NCBI GenBank assembly: GCA_965214705.1
Contig: OZ243972.1
Location: forward strand, 128,001 to 192,000
Reading direction: 5' to 3'
Source: Alphaproteobacteria bacterium
GTDB lineage: Bacteria; Pseudomonadota; Alphaproteobacteria; UBA828
DNA length: 64,000 nt
Numbering within the stretch: the first letter of the stretch is position 1; every line of letters starts with the position of its first letter. Made by a program: the position numbers and the translations under genes. The notes under the pieces were generated by a model that had not been told where the DNA came from, did no database searches, and worked only from the letters and a program-made list of their open reading frames with translations. Positions 19,903 through 32,887 of the stretch are shown piece by piece.

Positions 19903-21870
19903 CTACCGCAGCGCGTCTGTCATAAACGTGCGCCAGATTTCGGCCGGATAGCTGCCGCCGGTCACCTCGTCCATCGGGCTGCCGTCGTCGTTGCCGAGCC
20001 AGACGCCGGTCGTGAGCCCTTTGGCCCAGCCAACGAACCAGGCATCGCGGAACTTCTGGCTGGTCCCGGTCTTGCCATGGGCCGCCCCTAGACCTTGAGG
20101 CAGCCGGGCGGCGCGGCCGGTGCCCTCGGCCACGGCAGCGCCGAGCAGGTCGCGCATCGCGGCCACCGCCGGCCTCTCCGCCGCCCTGCCGGCACCCGAA
20201 CCTGCCCGGCTGTAGAGCACGTCGCCGGCGCGGTTGCGGATCTCCGCGATACCGTGGGGCAGCACCCGCGCACCGCCGTTGGCGAGCGCCACGTAGGCCG
20301 AGCTCAGCTCCAGCAGCGTCACCTCGCCGGTGCCGAGCGCGATGCTCGCATCGGCGGGGAGCGTGCTCTCGATGCCGAGCCTGCGCGCGGTCTCCCGGAT
20401 ACGCTTCACACCTGCCTTCAAGCCGACCCTCACCGCTACCGTGTTGATCGAGCGTGCAAAACCCTCCCGCACCGTCACCGGGCCCTGGTATTGGTCGTCG
20501 TAGTTGCGGGGCGACCAGCCGCCGACGGTGATGGGCGCGTCCTCGACCCGGTCGTCGGGCGCGAGCCCCGCCTCGATTCCTGCGAGATAGACCACCGTCT
20601 TGAAGGCCGAGCCCGGCTGGCGGTGCGCTTGCGTCGCCCGGTTGAACACGCTCTTCGCGTGGTCGCGCCCGCCCACCATGGCACGCACGGCGCCGGACTC
20701 GTCCAGTGCGACCAGGGCGCCCTGCCCGATCTTCCGGCTCTTGCCGGCGGCAGCCAGCGTCTCGGCGAGCGCGGCCTGTGCCGCCCGCTGGCGCGCGGGA
20801 TCGAGGGTCGTGAACACCCGGAGCGCCCCGTGGTCGCGCCCGACATAACCCGGCACCTGCTCGCGCACCCAATCGACGAAGTAGCCGGCGGATGAGCCGC
20901 TACGCGGGGTCACGGCGAGGGCCTTCACGCGCGCGCGCGCCGCTTCGCCGTCGTTCTCGCTGAGAAGGTCGGCGTCCACCATCGCATCGACGACGATGCC
21001 CGCACGCCTGCGCGCCAGCGCGAGGTCGTTGGCAGGGCTGAAGCGCGAGGGAGCCTTCAGCAGACCCGCGATCATGGCGGCCTGGGCCACGTCGACATCG
21101 CGGGCCGAACGGCCGAAATAGCGCCTGGCCGCCGCATCGACGCCGTAGGCGCCGGCGCCGAAATAGGCGCGATTGAGGTAGATCGTGAGAATTTCTTCTT
21201 TGGTGAACTCGCGTTCCAGCCAGAAGGCCAGCATCGCCTCCTGAATCTTGCGCCTGACGGTGCGTTCGGGCGAGAGGAACACCAGCTTCGCCACCTGTTG
21301 AGAGATCGTGCTGCCGCCAGCCACCACGCGGCCCTCTACCGCGTTCTGCCAGGCCGCGCGGATCACGCCGAAGGCGTCGATGCCGCCGTGGGTGTAGAAG
21401 CGGCGGTCCTCGATCGCGAGAACCGCCTGGGGCAGCACCGGCGCCATCTCCTGGACCGGCACCAGCTCGCCCCACATCTCGCCCACGGTGGCAATCTCGG
21501 AGCCGTCCGCCGCCAGCACCGTGATCGAGAGCGGAGTCTCGGGCCCCGTGAGGTGCTCGGTATCCGGCAGGTCGTGAGCGTAGTAGCCGACGAAGACCGC
21601 ACCAAGCACCACCAGCCAGAGGACGAAGACGGCGCTCCACTTGGCGATGCGCCAGCCAAGCCGCCGGCGCGGGGGCTTAGCCGGCCGGCGGGCTTTCGTG
21701 CCGCCCGATTTCGGTTTCTTAGGCGCCGCCCTGGGCGTTTTCGGCGCGGCCTTCGGCTTTTTGGGAGCCGCCTTGTCCTTGGCGCCGCTGGGCTTGGCGC
21801 GGGCCTGCGGGGGCTTCTTTGCCGGCTTGCGAGGCCGCTTCGGCGGCGGTGTGCGGCGGCGTGACGCCAT
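19903..21870 (-). CDS. Class A penicillin-binding protein (PBP1A family)
   Basis: Lys/Pro-rich cytoplasmic tail, TM helix, EDRRFY, GGSTISQQ, RKIQE, SAFK (SxxK), SIN, KTGT. Confidence 0.93.
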   Translation of the reverse strand: MASRRRTPPPKRPRKPAKKPPQARAKPSGAKDKAAPKKPKAAPKTPRAAPKKPKSGGTKARRPAKPPRRRLGWRIAKWSAVFVLWLVVLGAVFVGYYAHDLPDTEHLTGPETPLSITVLAADGSEIATVGEMWGELVPVQEMAPVLPQAVLAIEDRRFYTHGGIDAFGVIRAAWQNAVEGRVVAGGSTISQQVAKLVFLSPERTVRRKIQEAMLAFWLEREFTKEEILTIYLNRAYFGAGAYGVDAAARRYFGRSARDVDVAQAAMIAGLLKAPSRFSPANDLALARRRAGIVVDAMVDADLLSENDGEAARARVKALAVTPRSGSSAGYFVDWVREQVPGYVGRDHGALRVFTTLDPARQRAAQAALAETLAAAGKSRKIGQGALVALDESGAVRAMVGGRDHAKSVFNRATQAHRQPGSAFKTVVYLAGIEAGLAPDDRVEDAPITVGGWSPRNYDDQYQGPVTVREGFARSINTVAVRVGLKAGVKRIRETARRLGIESTLPADASIALGTGEVTLLELSSAYVALANGGARVLPHGIAEIRNRAGDVLYSRAGSGAGRAAERPAVAAMRDLLGAAVAEGTGRAARLPQGLGAAHGKTGTSQKFRDAWFVGWAKGLTTGVWLGNDDGSPMDEVTGGSYPAEIWRTFMTDALR

Positions 21871-21891
21871 CAGCCGGCAGGTAGCGGAGAG

Positions 21892-25538
<3,647 letters not shown>

Positions 25539-25541
25539 TTA

Positions 25542-25807
25542 GCCCGGCTTTCTCACCAAGGTCATGGTCTGCGCGGCACTGTCCGGCCGACAGGGCAGGA
25601 AAGGCGCGCAGCGCGATGCAGGGACATCGGGCGAGCGACTTGACGAACCCTGTCGCCCGGAGAGCGCCGCCCTTCGGGTCGCGCCCAGGCGCCCGCCCGC
25701 AGCGTCGCGGGCCTCAACCGTATTCCCCGATACGCTTTTCGGCCCGCTTCTTGCGGATCGAACACCTGGGAGCGACGCAGGCCGTGACATTGGTGAGAAA
25801 TCCGGGC
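25542..25807. mobile_element. 266-bp MITE, copy 1, TA target duplication, inserted at the dnaN stop codon
   Basis: TIRs gcccggctttctcaccaa / ttggtgagaaatccgggc; TA at 25540-25541 and 25808-25809; same-length inverted homolog at 46857-47122. Confidence 0.88.
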
Positions 25808-26934
25808 TAGACGCGGAGCGGCATGATGACGTGGAGCGAGCCGGAATCGCCGGTGTCCCGTACCAGTGACGGCGAGCCGGCATCGCCGAAGAAGAATCGA
25901 ATCGAATCGCTGTCGATCTGACTGGCGACGTCCAGCACGTAGCGCGCGTTGAGGCCGATATCGAGCGGCTCGGCGCCATAGTCGGCGTCGAGCTCCTCGG
26001 TCGCGGTTCCCGTGTCGGGACTGTTGGCCGAGAGCGTCACCGCGCCCGAGCGGATGGAGAGCTTGATGGCGTGGGAGCGGTCCGTGGAGATCGAGGAGAC
26101 CCGGTCCACGGCCTCGGCGAAGCTGCCGCTGGCTACCGTCATCACGTTCTGGTTGCCGCGCGGAATTACTCGCTCGTAGTCTGGGAACGAGCCGTCGATC
26201 AGCTTGGAGGTGAGCTGGGCCGCGCCGGCCTCGAAGCGGATCCTGGTCTCGGAGAGCGCGATCGACACCGGCTCGTCGCCGTCGTCGATCAGCTTGCGCA
26301 CTTCGGCCACGGTCTTGCGCGGCACGATCACGGCCGGCAGGTCCGCCGCCCCCTCGGGCAGCGCCACGTCGGCGCAGGAGAGCCGGTGGCCGTCGGTGGC
26401 GACGGCGCGCAGACGCGCGATACCCTCCTGGTCCTCGGCCTTATGAAGGTGGATGCCGTTGAGATAGTAGCGGGTTTCCTCGGTCGAGATGGCAAAGCGG
26501 GTCTTGTCGATCAGGCGCCGCAAGTGATCCGGCGGCAGCTCGAAGGAATACGGCAGATCGTCGTCGGCCATCACCGGAAACTCGGCGATGGGCAGGCACG
26601 AGAGACGGAAGCGCGAGCGCCCCGAGACCACGTCGAGCTGCCCGCCGTCGCTCCCGTCGAGAGTCATCGAGACCTGCGCACCGTCCGGCAGCTTGCGGAC
26701 GATGTCGTAGAGGGTGAGCGCGGTCGTGGTCACGGCGCCTTCCAGCTCGACGGCGGCCTCGGCCTCGTCGACGACGGCAAGGTCCATGTCGGTCGCGGTG
26801 AGCCGCAGGCGGTCGCCTCCCTGCGCATCGATGCGCACATTGGCAAGAATCGGGATCGTGTTGCGCCGCTCGACGACGCTTTGCACGTGCGCCAAGGAGC
26901 TCAGAAGCGTGGAGCGTTCGATCGTGAGTTTCAT
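25807..26934 (-). CDS. dnaN: DNA polymerase III beta sliding clamp
   Basis: VVERRNTIPIL, STEETRYYLNG, ATDGHRL, KLIDGSFPDY, VIMPLRV. Confidence 0.98.
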   Translation of the reverse strand: MKLTIERSTLLSSLAHVQSVVERRNTIPILANVRIDAQGGDRLRLTATDMDLAVVDEAEAAVELEGAVTTTALTLYDIVRKLPDGAQVSMTLDGSDGGQLDVVSGRSRFRLSCLPIAEFPVMADDDLPYSFELPPDHLRRLIDKTRFAISTEETRYYLNGIHLHKAEDQEGIARLRAVATDGHRLSCADVALPEGAADLPAVIVPRKTVAEVRKLIDDGDEPVSIALSETRIRFEAGAAQLTSKLIDGSFPDYERVIPRGNQNVMTVASGSFAEAVDRVSSISTDRSHAIKLSIRSGAVTLSANSPDTGTATEELDADYGAEPLDIGLNARYVLDVASQIDSDSIRFFFGDAGSPSLVRDTGDSGSLHVIMPLRV

Positions 26935-26945
26935 GCTCGCGGGAG

Positions 26946-26979
26946 GCCCTGAATCGTCGCCGAATCAGGGCGTATTATA
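26946..26979 (-). promoter_or_regulatory. Putative dnaN internal promoter -10 and leader hairpin with two GANTC sites
   Basis: TATAAT on minus strand at 26974-26979; gccctga...tcagggc stem containing GAATC at 26951 and 26962. Confidence 0.45.
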
Positions 26980-27076
26980 GCGGAGAAGTGGCGGATATCG
27001 CAGCCTTACCGGCGAATTATCGGCACGCGGGCGTTGTGCGCCAGCCCTTGCCGCGCACTCTCCCACGTATTCGCTG

Positions 27077-28489
27077 TCAGTCGGTCGGGTCTTCGAGGCT
27101 TCGCCGGAGGTGCTCCACGTCTTCGTCGAGGGCGGGGTCCTTGGGCCGCAGGTCCTCGATGCGGCGAATCGCGTAGAGAACCGTGGTGTGGTCGCGCTTG
27201 CCGAACTTGCGGCCGATCTCCGGCAGCGAGCGGGACGTAAGCTGCTTGGCAAGATACATCGCCACGTGGCGCGGCCTCACCACCGCCTGCGAGCGTCGGT
27301 TGGAGGAGAGCTCCGCCGGCTTGATGTTGTAGTGCGCGGCGACCCTGAGCTGGATATCCTCGATGGTGATCTTCTGCTCCTTCGCAACGAGTACGTCCCG
27401 CAGCACCCACTGGGTCGTCGGCAGCGTAATCGCACCGCCGAGCAGCGCGGCATGAGCGGCAATGCTGTGGAGCGCCATCTCCAGCTCGCGCGCGTTGGAG
27501 GTGATGTTCCGGGCCAGGAACTCCATCACCTCGCGCGGCGCGTCGGCAATGCCCAGCGGTCTTGCCTTTTCCCGCAGGATGCCGAGGCGGAGCTCGTAAT
27601 TGGCCGGCAGGATGTCGACCGCAAGGCCGCCTGCCAGACGGGACTTGAGCCGCTCCTCCATCCCGTCTAGCCGGGAGGGCGCGCGGTCGGCGGAGACCAC
27701 CACCTGGCAGCGATGGTCGAGCAACGCGTTGAGCGTGTGGAGAAATTCCTCTTGCGTACTGTCCTTGTCGCAAATGAACTGGATGTCGTCGATCAACAGC
27801 ATGTCGGCGGAACGCAGCCGCTCCTTGAACGCCACCGTGTCTTTCTGCCGGATTGCCTGAATGAACCGATACATGAACCGTTCAGCGGAGAGGTAGAGGA
27901 CGCGCCGGGACGGCTCGCGGCCGCGAATGCACCACGCAATGGCATGCAGAAGGTGGGTCTTGCCGTGCCCGACACCGCCATAAAGGTAGAGCGGGTTGAA
28001 CGGAAGATGGTCGATGCCGGCGACCTGCTGCGCGGCGGCATGGGCGAGTTCGTTGCTTTCGCCGACCACGAATTCTCGGAAGGTGAGGCGGTTGTTGAGC
28101 GGCGAGCCGAGGCCATCCAGCCGTTCGTCGTGCGCGCGCAGGCCCAGAGCGCCGTCGCGTCGCGCCTGCGGCCGCTCGCCTGCGGTGCGCGGCTTGCCGT
28201 CCGCATCCGGCGGCAGGCCATCATGAATGACGATGCGGGTGTCCTGGATGCCTGGGCGATGATCGGCCCAAAGCGCCGCGATGCGATCCGCATAGTGCGA
28301 TTCGATCCAGTCGCGCAGGAACCGCGTGGCAACGCCGAGGGTGACTTCCTCGCCGTCAACGTCGACCAAGGTGAGTGGCGCCAGCCAGCTCGCGAAGGTG
28401 GCCTCGCCCAATTCTGCGCGCAGCCTTGCCTGGATCCGGTCCCAGGCGTCATGTGCGTCTCGGGCCGGCGAGGGAGAGCAGTCGTTCAT
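27077..28489 (-). CDS. dnaA: Chromosomal replication initiator DnaA
   Basis: [45 protein letters not shown]; SD GAGGGAG upstream. Confidence 0.98.
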   Translation of the reverse strand: MNDCSPSPARDAHDAWDRIQARLRAELGEATFASWLAPLTLVDVDGEEVTLGVATRFLRDWIESHYADRIAALWADHRPGIQDTRIVIHDGLPPDADGKPRTAGERPQARRDGALGLRAHDERLDGLGSPLNNRLTFREFVVGESNELAHAAAQQVAGIDHLPFNPLYLYGGVGHGKTHLLHAIAWCIRGREPSRRVLYLSAERFMYRFIQAIRQKDTVAFKERLRSADMLLIDDIQFICDKDSTQEEFLHTLNALLDHRCQVVVSADRAPSRLDGMEERLKSRLAGGLAVDILPANYELRLGILREKARPLGIADAPREVMEFLARNITSNARELEMALHSIAAHAALLGGAITLPTTQWVLRDVLVAKEQKITIEDIQLRVAAHYNIKPAELSSNRRSQAVVRPRHVAMYLAKQLTSRSLPEIGRKFGKRDHTTVLYAIRRIEDLRPKDPALDEDVEHLRRSLEDPTD

Positions 28490-28506
28490 GGCCGGTTCTC
28501 CCTCAG

Positions 28507-30448
28507 CCCATCTTTGCCACTTTTCGGTCCCGAAGGCCTGATTTTGGGTAGCCTTTGGGATCTAAGGCACTGATTTTGTTGGATTGTGTTTTGGGAAGTC
28601 CATTGTAGTGCCATAATCTTTGGTCTGTGGGCCGGCGCTCCTTGACAGTCCGCAAACTGTCCGTGACCCTGCCGCCATGTTCATTCGCAAAACCCTCACC
28701 GGTCGCGGAGACGGTGGCGAGCGCTATGCCACCTACCGCCTCGTGCGCAGCGAACGCATCGGCGGAAGGGTGCGCCAGGTCACGCTCCTCAATCTCGGCG
28801 CCGACTTCGGTGTGCCCGAGGAGCAATGGCGCGAATTGGCGCTTCTGATCGAAACCCTTCTCGCCGGCAGCGAGCCGCTGCTGGAGCCGGATGCCGCCTT
28901 GCGCCCCGTCGCCGAGGACGTCGTACGGCGGCTTCACGCCCGCGATCTCGGCGCGTCGCGGCCCGGGGACGAGAGCGACCTGGCCACGGTCCGTCTCGAT
29001 AGCCTCTCCCACGAACAGGTCCGCTCGGTGGGCTGCGAGCGCCTGGCTCTCGCCGCGCTTGACGACCTTCGCTTCATCGAGACGCTGGAGAGGCTGGGCG
29101 CAAGTGAGCGCGACGCACGCATCGCGGCGGCACTGGTGGTCGCGCGCATGATCCATCCCTCCAGCGAGCGCGAGGCCTTCCGCTGGCTGAGCGCGAACAG
29201 CGCGACCCTGGAGTTGCTCGATGTCGACAGCGGCAAGTCGCTCACGCTCAGCAAGCTCTACCGCATCGGCGACCTCTTGTGGCGTCACCGCGCGGCGCTT
29301 GAAGAGGCGCTGTGCGCCCGGGAGCGCGATCTCTTCGGCATCCCCGACACCATCGTCTTCTTCGACCTGACCAACACCCATATGACCGGACGGCCCAGCT
29401 CCGCGCTGGCCCGCTTCGGGCGCTCGAAGCAGAGGCGTGACGATTGTCCGATCGTGACCCTGGCCCTGTCGCTGAACCAGGCCGGCTTTCCGCAGCACAG
29501 CGAGATCCTGCCCGGCAACATCTCCGAGCCGGCCACTCTCGCCGACGCCATCGGGCGGCTGGAATGCCAAGCGCGCGGCAGCAACGCCCCCAGGCCCACG
29601 GTCATCATGGACGCCGGCATCTCCACCGAGGCCAACCTCGCCTGGCTGCGGGCGGGCGGCTATCACTGGATCACCGTTCGCCGCGGCGTCTCGGCGCCGC
29701 CCGGGCGCGAAGCCGATGCCGCCTTCGAAACCCGGGCCGGCCACGATGCCCGCGCCTGGCGTCTCGCGGCAGGGGACGACGAAGCGCACCTGTGCGTCTG
29801 GAGCCATGAGCGCCAGCAGAAGGACGAGGCCGTGCTCGCCCGTCAGCGTCACAACTTCGAGGACGCCCTGCGCGCCCTGCATGGCGGGCTGTCGAAGAAG
29901 AACCACATCAAGCAGTTCACCAAGGTGATGGAGAAGCTGGGCCGGCTGAAGGAAAGGTACAGGCGCGTCCACCGTCAGTACGACATCGAGGTCGAGCCCG
30001 GAGAGAAGGGGCGGGCCAGTGCGGTCCGCTGGAGGCGCAACGCTCTCCATGCCGAGCGCGACCGCCAAGCGGGCATCTATGTGCTGCGCACCAGCCACGT
30101 CGAGTGGGATCTTGAAACCGTGGTCCGAACCTACTGGAAGCTCACAGAGCTCGAGGCCACCTTCCGCAGCCTGAAATCCGAAATCGGCCTGCGCCCGGTC
30201 TGGCACTCCAAGACCTCGCGCATCGCCGCCCACCTGTTCATCGCCGTCCTCGCCTACCACGCGGTTCATCTGCTGCGAACCCGTCTGGCGGCGCACGGCT
30301 TGCATGACCGCTGGAGTACGATCCGCGACAAGCTCGCGGGCTGGGTGCGTCTCACCTCCACCATCCGGGAGGTGGACGGAAACCGCATCGTCATCCGCCA
30401 GGATGCTCAACCCGACGCCGAGGCGCGCGCCAAAATGGCAAAGATGGG
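28507..30448 (+). mobile_element. IS1634-family insertion sequence (1942 bp)
   Basis: 13-bp perfect TIR cccatctttgcca (28507-28519) / tggcaaagatggg (30436-30448); TCAG duplicated at 28503-28506 and 30449-30452. Confidence 0.9.
28642..28670 (+). promoter_or_regulatory. Putative leaderless transposase promoter
   Basis: TTGACA-N17-GACCCT-N6-ATG(28677). Confidence 0.5.
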
Positions 30449-30536
30449 TCAGCAGGTGACGGAACCCCTGCCAACACGGCACGTCGCGACGGCAGGCGAT
30501 CTCGAAGCGGATATAGCTAACTTGCTATCGCTATGA
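28677..30536 (+). CDS. IS1634-family DDE transposase; frame runs past the right TIR
   Basis: MFIRK..YRLVRSERIGGRVRQ..LLNLG N-terminus; FFDLTN, IMDAGI, ELEATFRSLKSEIGLRPVWH catalytic motifs. Confidence 0.9.
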   Translation: MFIRKTLTGRGDGGERYATYRLVRSERIGGRVRQVTLLNLGADFGVPEEQWRELALLIETLLAGSEPLLEPDAALRPVAEDVVRRLHARDLGASRPGDESDLATVRLDSLSHEQVRSVGCERLALAALDDLRFIETLERLGASERDARIAAALVVARMIHPSSEREAFRWLSANSATLELLDVDSGKSLTLSKLYRIGDLLWRHRAALEEALCARERDLFGIPDTIVFFDLTNTHMTGRPSSALARFGRSKQRRDDCPIVTLALSLNQAGFPQHSEILPGNISEPATLADAIGRLECQARGSNAPRPTVIMDAGISTEANLAWLRAGGYHWITVRRGVSAPPGREADAAFETRAGHDARAWRLAAGDDEAHLCVWSHERQQKDEAVLARQRHNFEDALRALHGGLSKKNHIKQFTKVMEKLGRLKERYRRVHRQYDIEVEPGEKGRASAVRWRRNALHAERDRQAGIYVLRTSHVEWDLETVVRTYWKLTELEATFRSLKSEIGLRPVWHSKTSRIAAHLFIAVLAYHAVHLLRTRLAAHGLHDRWSTIRDKLAGWVRLTSTIREVDGNRIVIRQDAQPDAEARAKMAKMGQQVTEPLPTRHVATAGDLEADIANLLSL

Positions 30537-30964
30537 CATAAGCGATATGTTCTATTTTTAGACTTGTTTGACCCCATGTCTGTTCTTGCATTGCGTCGCG
30601 CCTCTCGGTGCGGCGGTGGGTCTCCCTTCCCGGACAGGCCATGCCTGCCTCGCCGTCGTTAACGTCAGTGATTTTTGCTTTACATACCGCCGGCGCCTCC
30701 TCCGGGCGGTATGTGACGCTTAGGCTAAAGCGCGGAATCGAGGCTTGCAACGGGTCCGAAAGCGGAACCGTCGCAAAATCTGCGCGTCACATTTCCGTCG
30801 CAATCTTGGCTATGAGAGTGAAGGCAGGGAGCCAATCGTTTGGCGGCATAACCGGAATTCGGACGGCATGTTTCGCGGCGTCGGCATGGCCGAACCAATG
30901 GACGGACGAGCGGTCCCGCCGAGAGCGAAAATGAGAGCCGCCGCTGCTGCGGCGCAGGCCGTCT

Positions 30965-31234
30965 CTAGCTGTCGGAGAGCGCGCCCACGCGGCGTGCGAG
31001 CAGGGAGACCCGGCGCGCCGCGGTCCGCCGATGCAGCACCGCCTTTTGCGCGCCGCGCATGATCTCCGGCTGGGCCGCGCGCAGCGCTTCCTCTGCCTGG
31101 CGCTTGTCGCCGCTCGCAATCGCTTCCTCCACCCGGCGGATGAAGGTGCGAATGCGTGAAATCCGGCCGCGGTTGACTGCGACGCGGCGCTTGTTTTGCC
31201 GAACCCGCTTGCGGGCCTGGCGCGAATGAGCCAT
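30965..31234 (-). CDS. rpsT: 30S ribosomal protein S20
   Basis: [37 protein letters not shown]; usual position upstream of dnaA. Confidence 0.96.
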   Translation of the reverse strand: MAHSRQARKRVRQNKRRVAVNRGRISRIRTFIRRVEEAIASGDKRQAEEALRAAQPEIMRGAQKAVLHRRTAARRVSLLARRVGALSDS

Positions 31235-31263
31235 GGCGAGGATCTCTCTTGTGGTCGGGCGGC

Positions 31264-31291
31264 CTTATACCACGCCGGCCGCCCCGGTCAA
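31264..31291 (-). promoter_or_regulatory. Putative rpsT sigma70 promoter
   Basis: TTGACC-N16-TATAAG on minus strand. Confidence 0.5.
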
Positions 31292-31340
31292 CGGCACCAT
31301 CGCCCCGGCACCGGCCGTTCCCAGTAACAATAGGGGCGTA

Positions 31341-31967
31341 TCAGGCGACAGGTCGGCGGGACAGATCGAGCGGAGCCGCATCGCGTGGAGGAGCTAACTC
31401 GAAACCTGGTCGCGAGGGTTCCACAAACGTAACCGACTCGTAGAAATCGTCCAAAGGAACGAATACGCCGTTCTCCTCCGCCCATCTGCGCATTCGTTGA
31501 TTGGTGGCGTGAGCCCAGGACAGAATTTCTACTCGCCAGCCGCGGCGGTGCATCCGTTCCAACGCACTATGAAAGCCCGCGCCGTCGAGATAACCAGCGC
31601 CGTCTCCAGTGAGCAGCACAGCAACTCCCGGGTCACCGTTGAAGTCCAGAGCGTCTTCCAACATCCGCAACTGTAGCACGCGGTCCGGCATTTCCTGTTC
31701 CCCACGGCCGGGATCGCCGCGGTCGAACAAGAAAATTTCTACACCACTGGCCTCCATGCGATTCCATAGCTGACGCATCTCCGGGGGCACAGAGCCGGCT
31801 GCGAGCGCCCTCTGCATGGGGCGATCGGCATGTGCCAAGCGCAGCATATTCTCGAAATGGATTCGTACGCGGTAACGAGCCGCAGGCCCCAATTCGCGTT
31901 CTGCGGCCAAGCGCTGGGCTTCAAGAAAGATATTTGAGTTGTCCCAGTAAACGAAGACGCGATCCAT
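31341..31967 (-). CDS. NYN/LabA (DUF88, PIN-like) domain protein
   Basis: VFVYWDNSNI, EQEMPD, LLTGDG, GWRVEILSW, FVPLDDF; GGAGG SD; visibly lower GC than flanks. Confidence 0.85.
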   Translation of the reverse strand: MDRVFVYWDNSNIFLEAQRLAAERELGPAARYRVRIHFENMLRLAHADRPMQRALAAGSVPPEMRQLWNRMEASGVEIFLFDRGDPGRGEQEMPDRVLQLRMLEDALDFNGDPGVAVLLTGDGAGYLDGAGFHSALERMHRRGWRVEILSWAHATNQRMRRWAEENGVFVPLDDFYESVTFVEPSRPGFELAPPRDAAPLDLSRRPVA

Positions 31968-32021
31968 GTCGCCCTCCGGACTTGAGCGGGCCCACGTCCT
32001 GAACAGATGATGCGGGCACCC

Positions 32022-32795
32022 CTAGCGGTTGTTGAAGGCGGGCTCGCGCTTCTCGATGAAGGCGTCCATCCCTTCCTTCTGGTCCTCGGTCGCGAAGCTC
32101 GCGTAGAAGACCGCGCGCTCGTAGAGCACGCCCTCCGTGAGCGTTGTCTCGAAGGCCCGGTTCACGCTTGCCTTGGCGAGCGCGACGGTGGGCGCCGAGA
32201 AATGCGCGATCTGCTCGGCGACGGCGACCGCCTCGTCCACCACGTCGGCGACCGGCACGACGCGGCTCGCGAGCCCGCTGCGCTCGGCCTCCTCGGCATT
32301 CATCATGCGCCCGGTCAGGATCATTTCCATCGCCTTCGACTTGCCGACGGCGCGGGTCAGCCGCTGGGTGCCGCCGGCGCCGGGAATGGTGCCGAGCTTG
32401 ATCTCCGGCTGGCCGAATCTCGCGTTATCGGCGGCGATCACGATGTCGCACATCATCGCAAGCTCGCAGCCGCCGCCGAGCGCATAGCCCGCGACTGCCG
32501 CGATCACCGGCTTGCGGAAGGCGGTGATGCGGTTCCACGCGGCGATGAAGTCGCTGCCGTAGGCATCGACGAAGTTCAGCCTGCGCATCTCGCCGATGTC
32601 GGCACCGGCCGCGAAGGCCTTCTCGTTGCCGGTGACGACGACGGCGCCGATCTCGTCTTCCGCTTCGAAGCTGTCGAGCACGGCGTTGAGCTCGCCGATC
32701 AGCGCGCCGTTCAGCGCGTTGAGCGCCTTGGGCCGGTTCAGCGTAATCAGGCCGACCCGGCCGCGCCGGTCGACGGTAATGTGTTCATAGGCCAT
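32022..32795 (-). CDS. Enoyl-CoA hydratase (crotonase)
   Basis: [42 protein letters not shown]. Confidence 0.95.
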   Translation of the reverse strand: MAYEHITVDRRGRVGLITLNRPKALNALNGALIGELNAVLDSFEAEDEIGAVVVTGNEKAFAAGADIGEMRRLNFVDAYGSDFIAAWNRITAFRKPVIAAVAGYALGGGCELAMMCDIVIAADNARFGQPEIKLGTIPGAGGTQRLTRAVGKSKAMEMILTGRMMNAEEAERSGLASRVVPVADVVDEAVAVAEQIAHFSAPTVALAKASVNRAFETTLTEGVLYERAVFYASFATEDQKEGMDAFIEKREPAFNNR

Positions 32796-32887
32796 CGTGT
32801 TCTCCCTCAAGGGGCCGGGGTCCGCGTTCTTGTCGGGCGGGCTGCGTCCGGACGGGCGCCGCGAGGGGCGTCCGGCCGCCTCATTAC

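Noticed and set aside
21640-21870. Repetitive Lys/Pro/Ala N-terminus of the PBP
   Set aside because: Basic low-complexity cytoplasmic tails are common in class A PBPs; no exact DNA repeat.
25564-25869. Similar ~90-100 aa ORFs in both MITE copies
   Set aside because: Similarity follows from DNA homology; several frames are open, stops fall outside the element and no SD is evident.
26935-30964. oriC next to dnaA
   Set aside because: No cluster of TTATCCACA-type boxes seen by eye; alphaproteobacterial origins are often unlinked to dnaA. Needs GC-skew or origin-prediction analysis.
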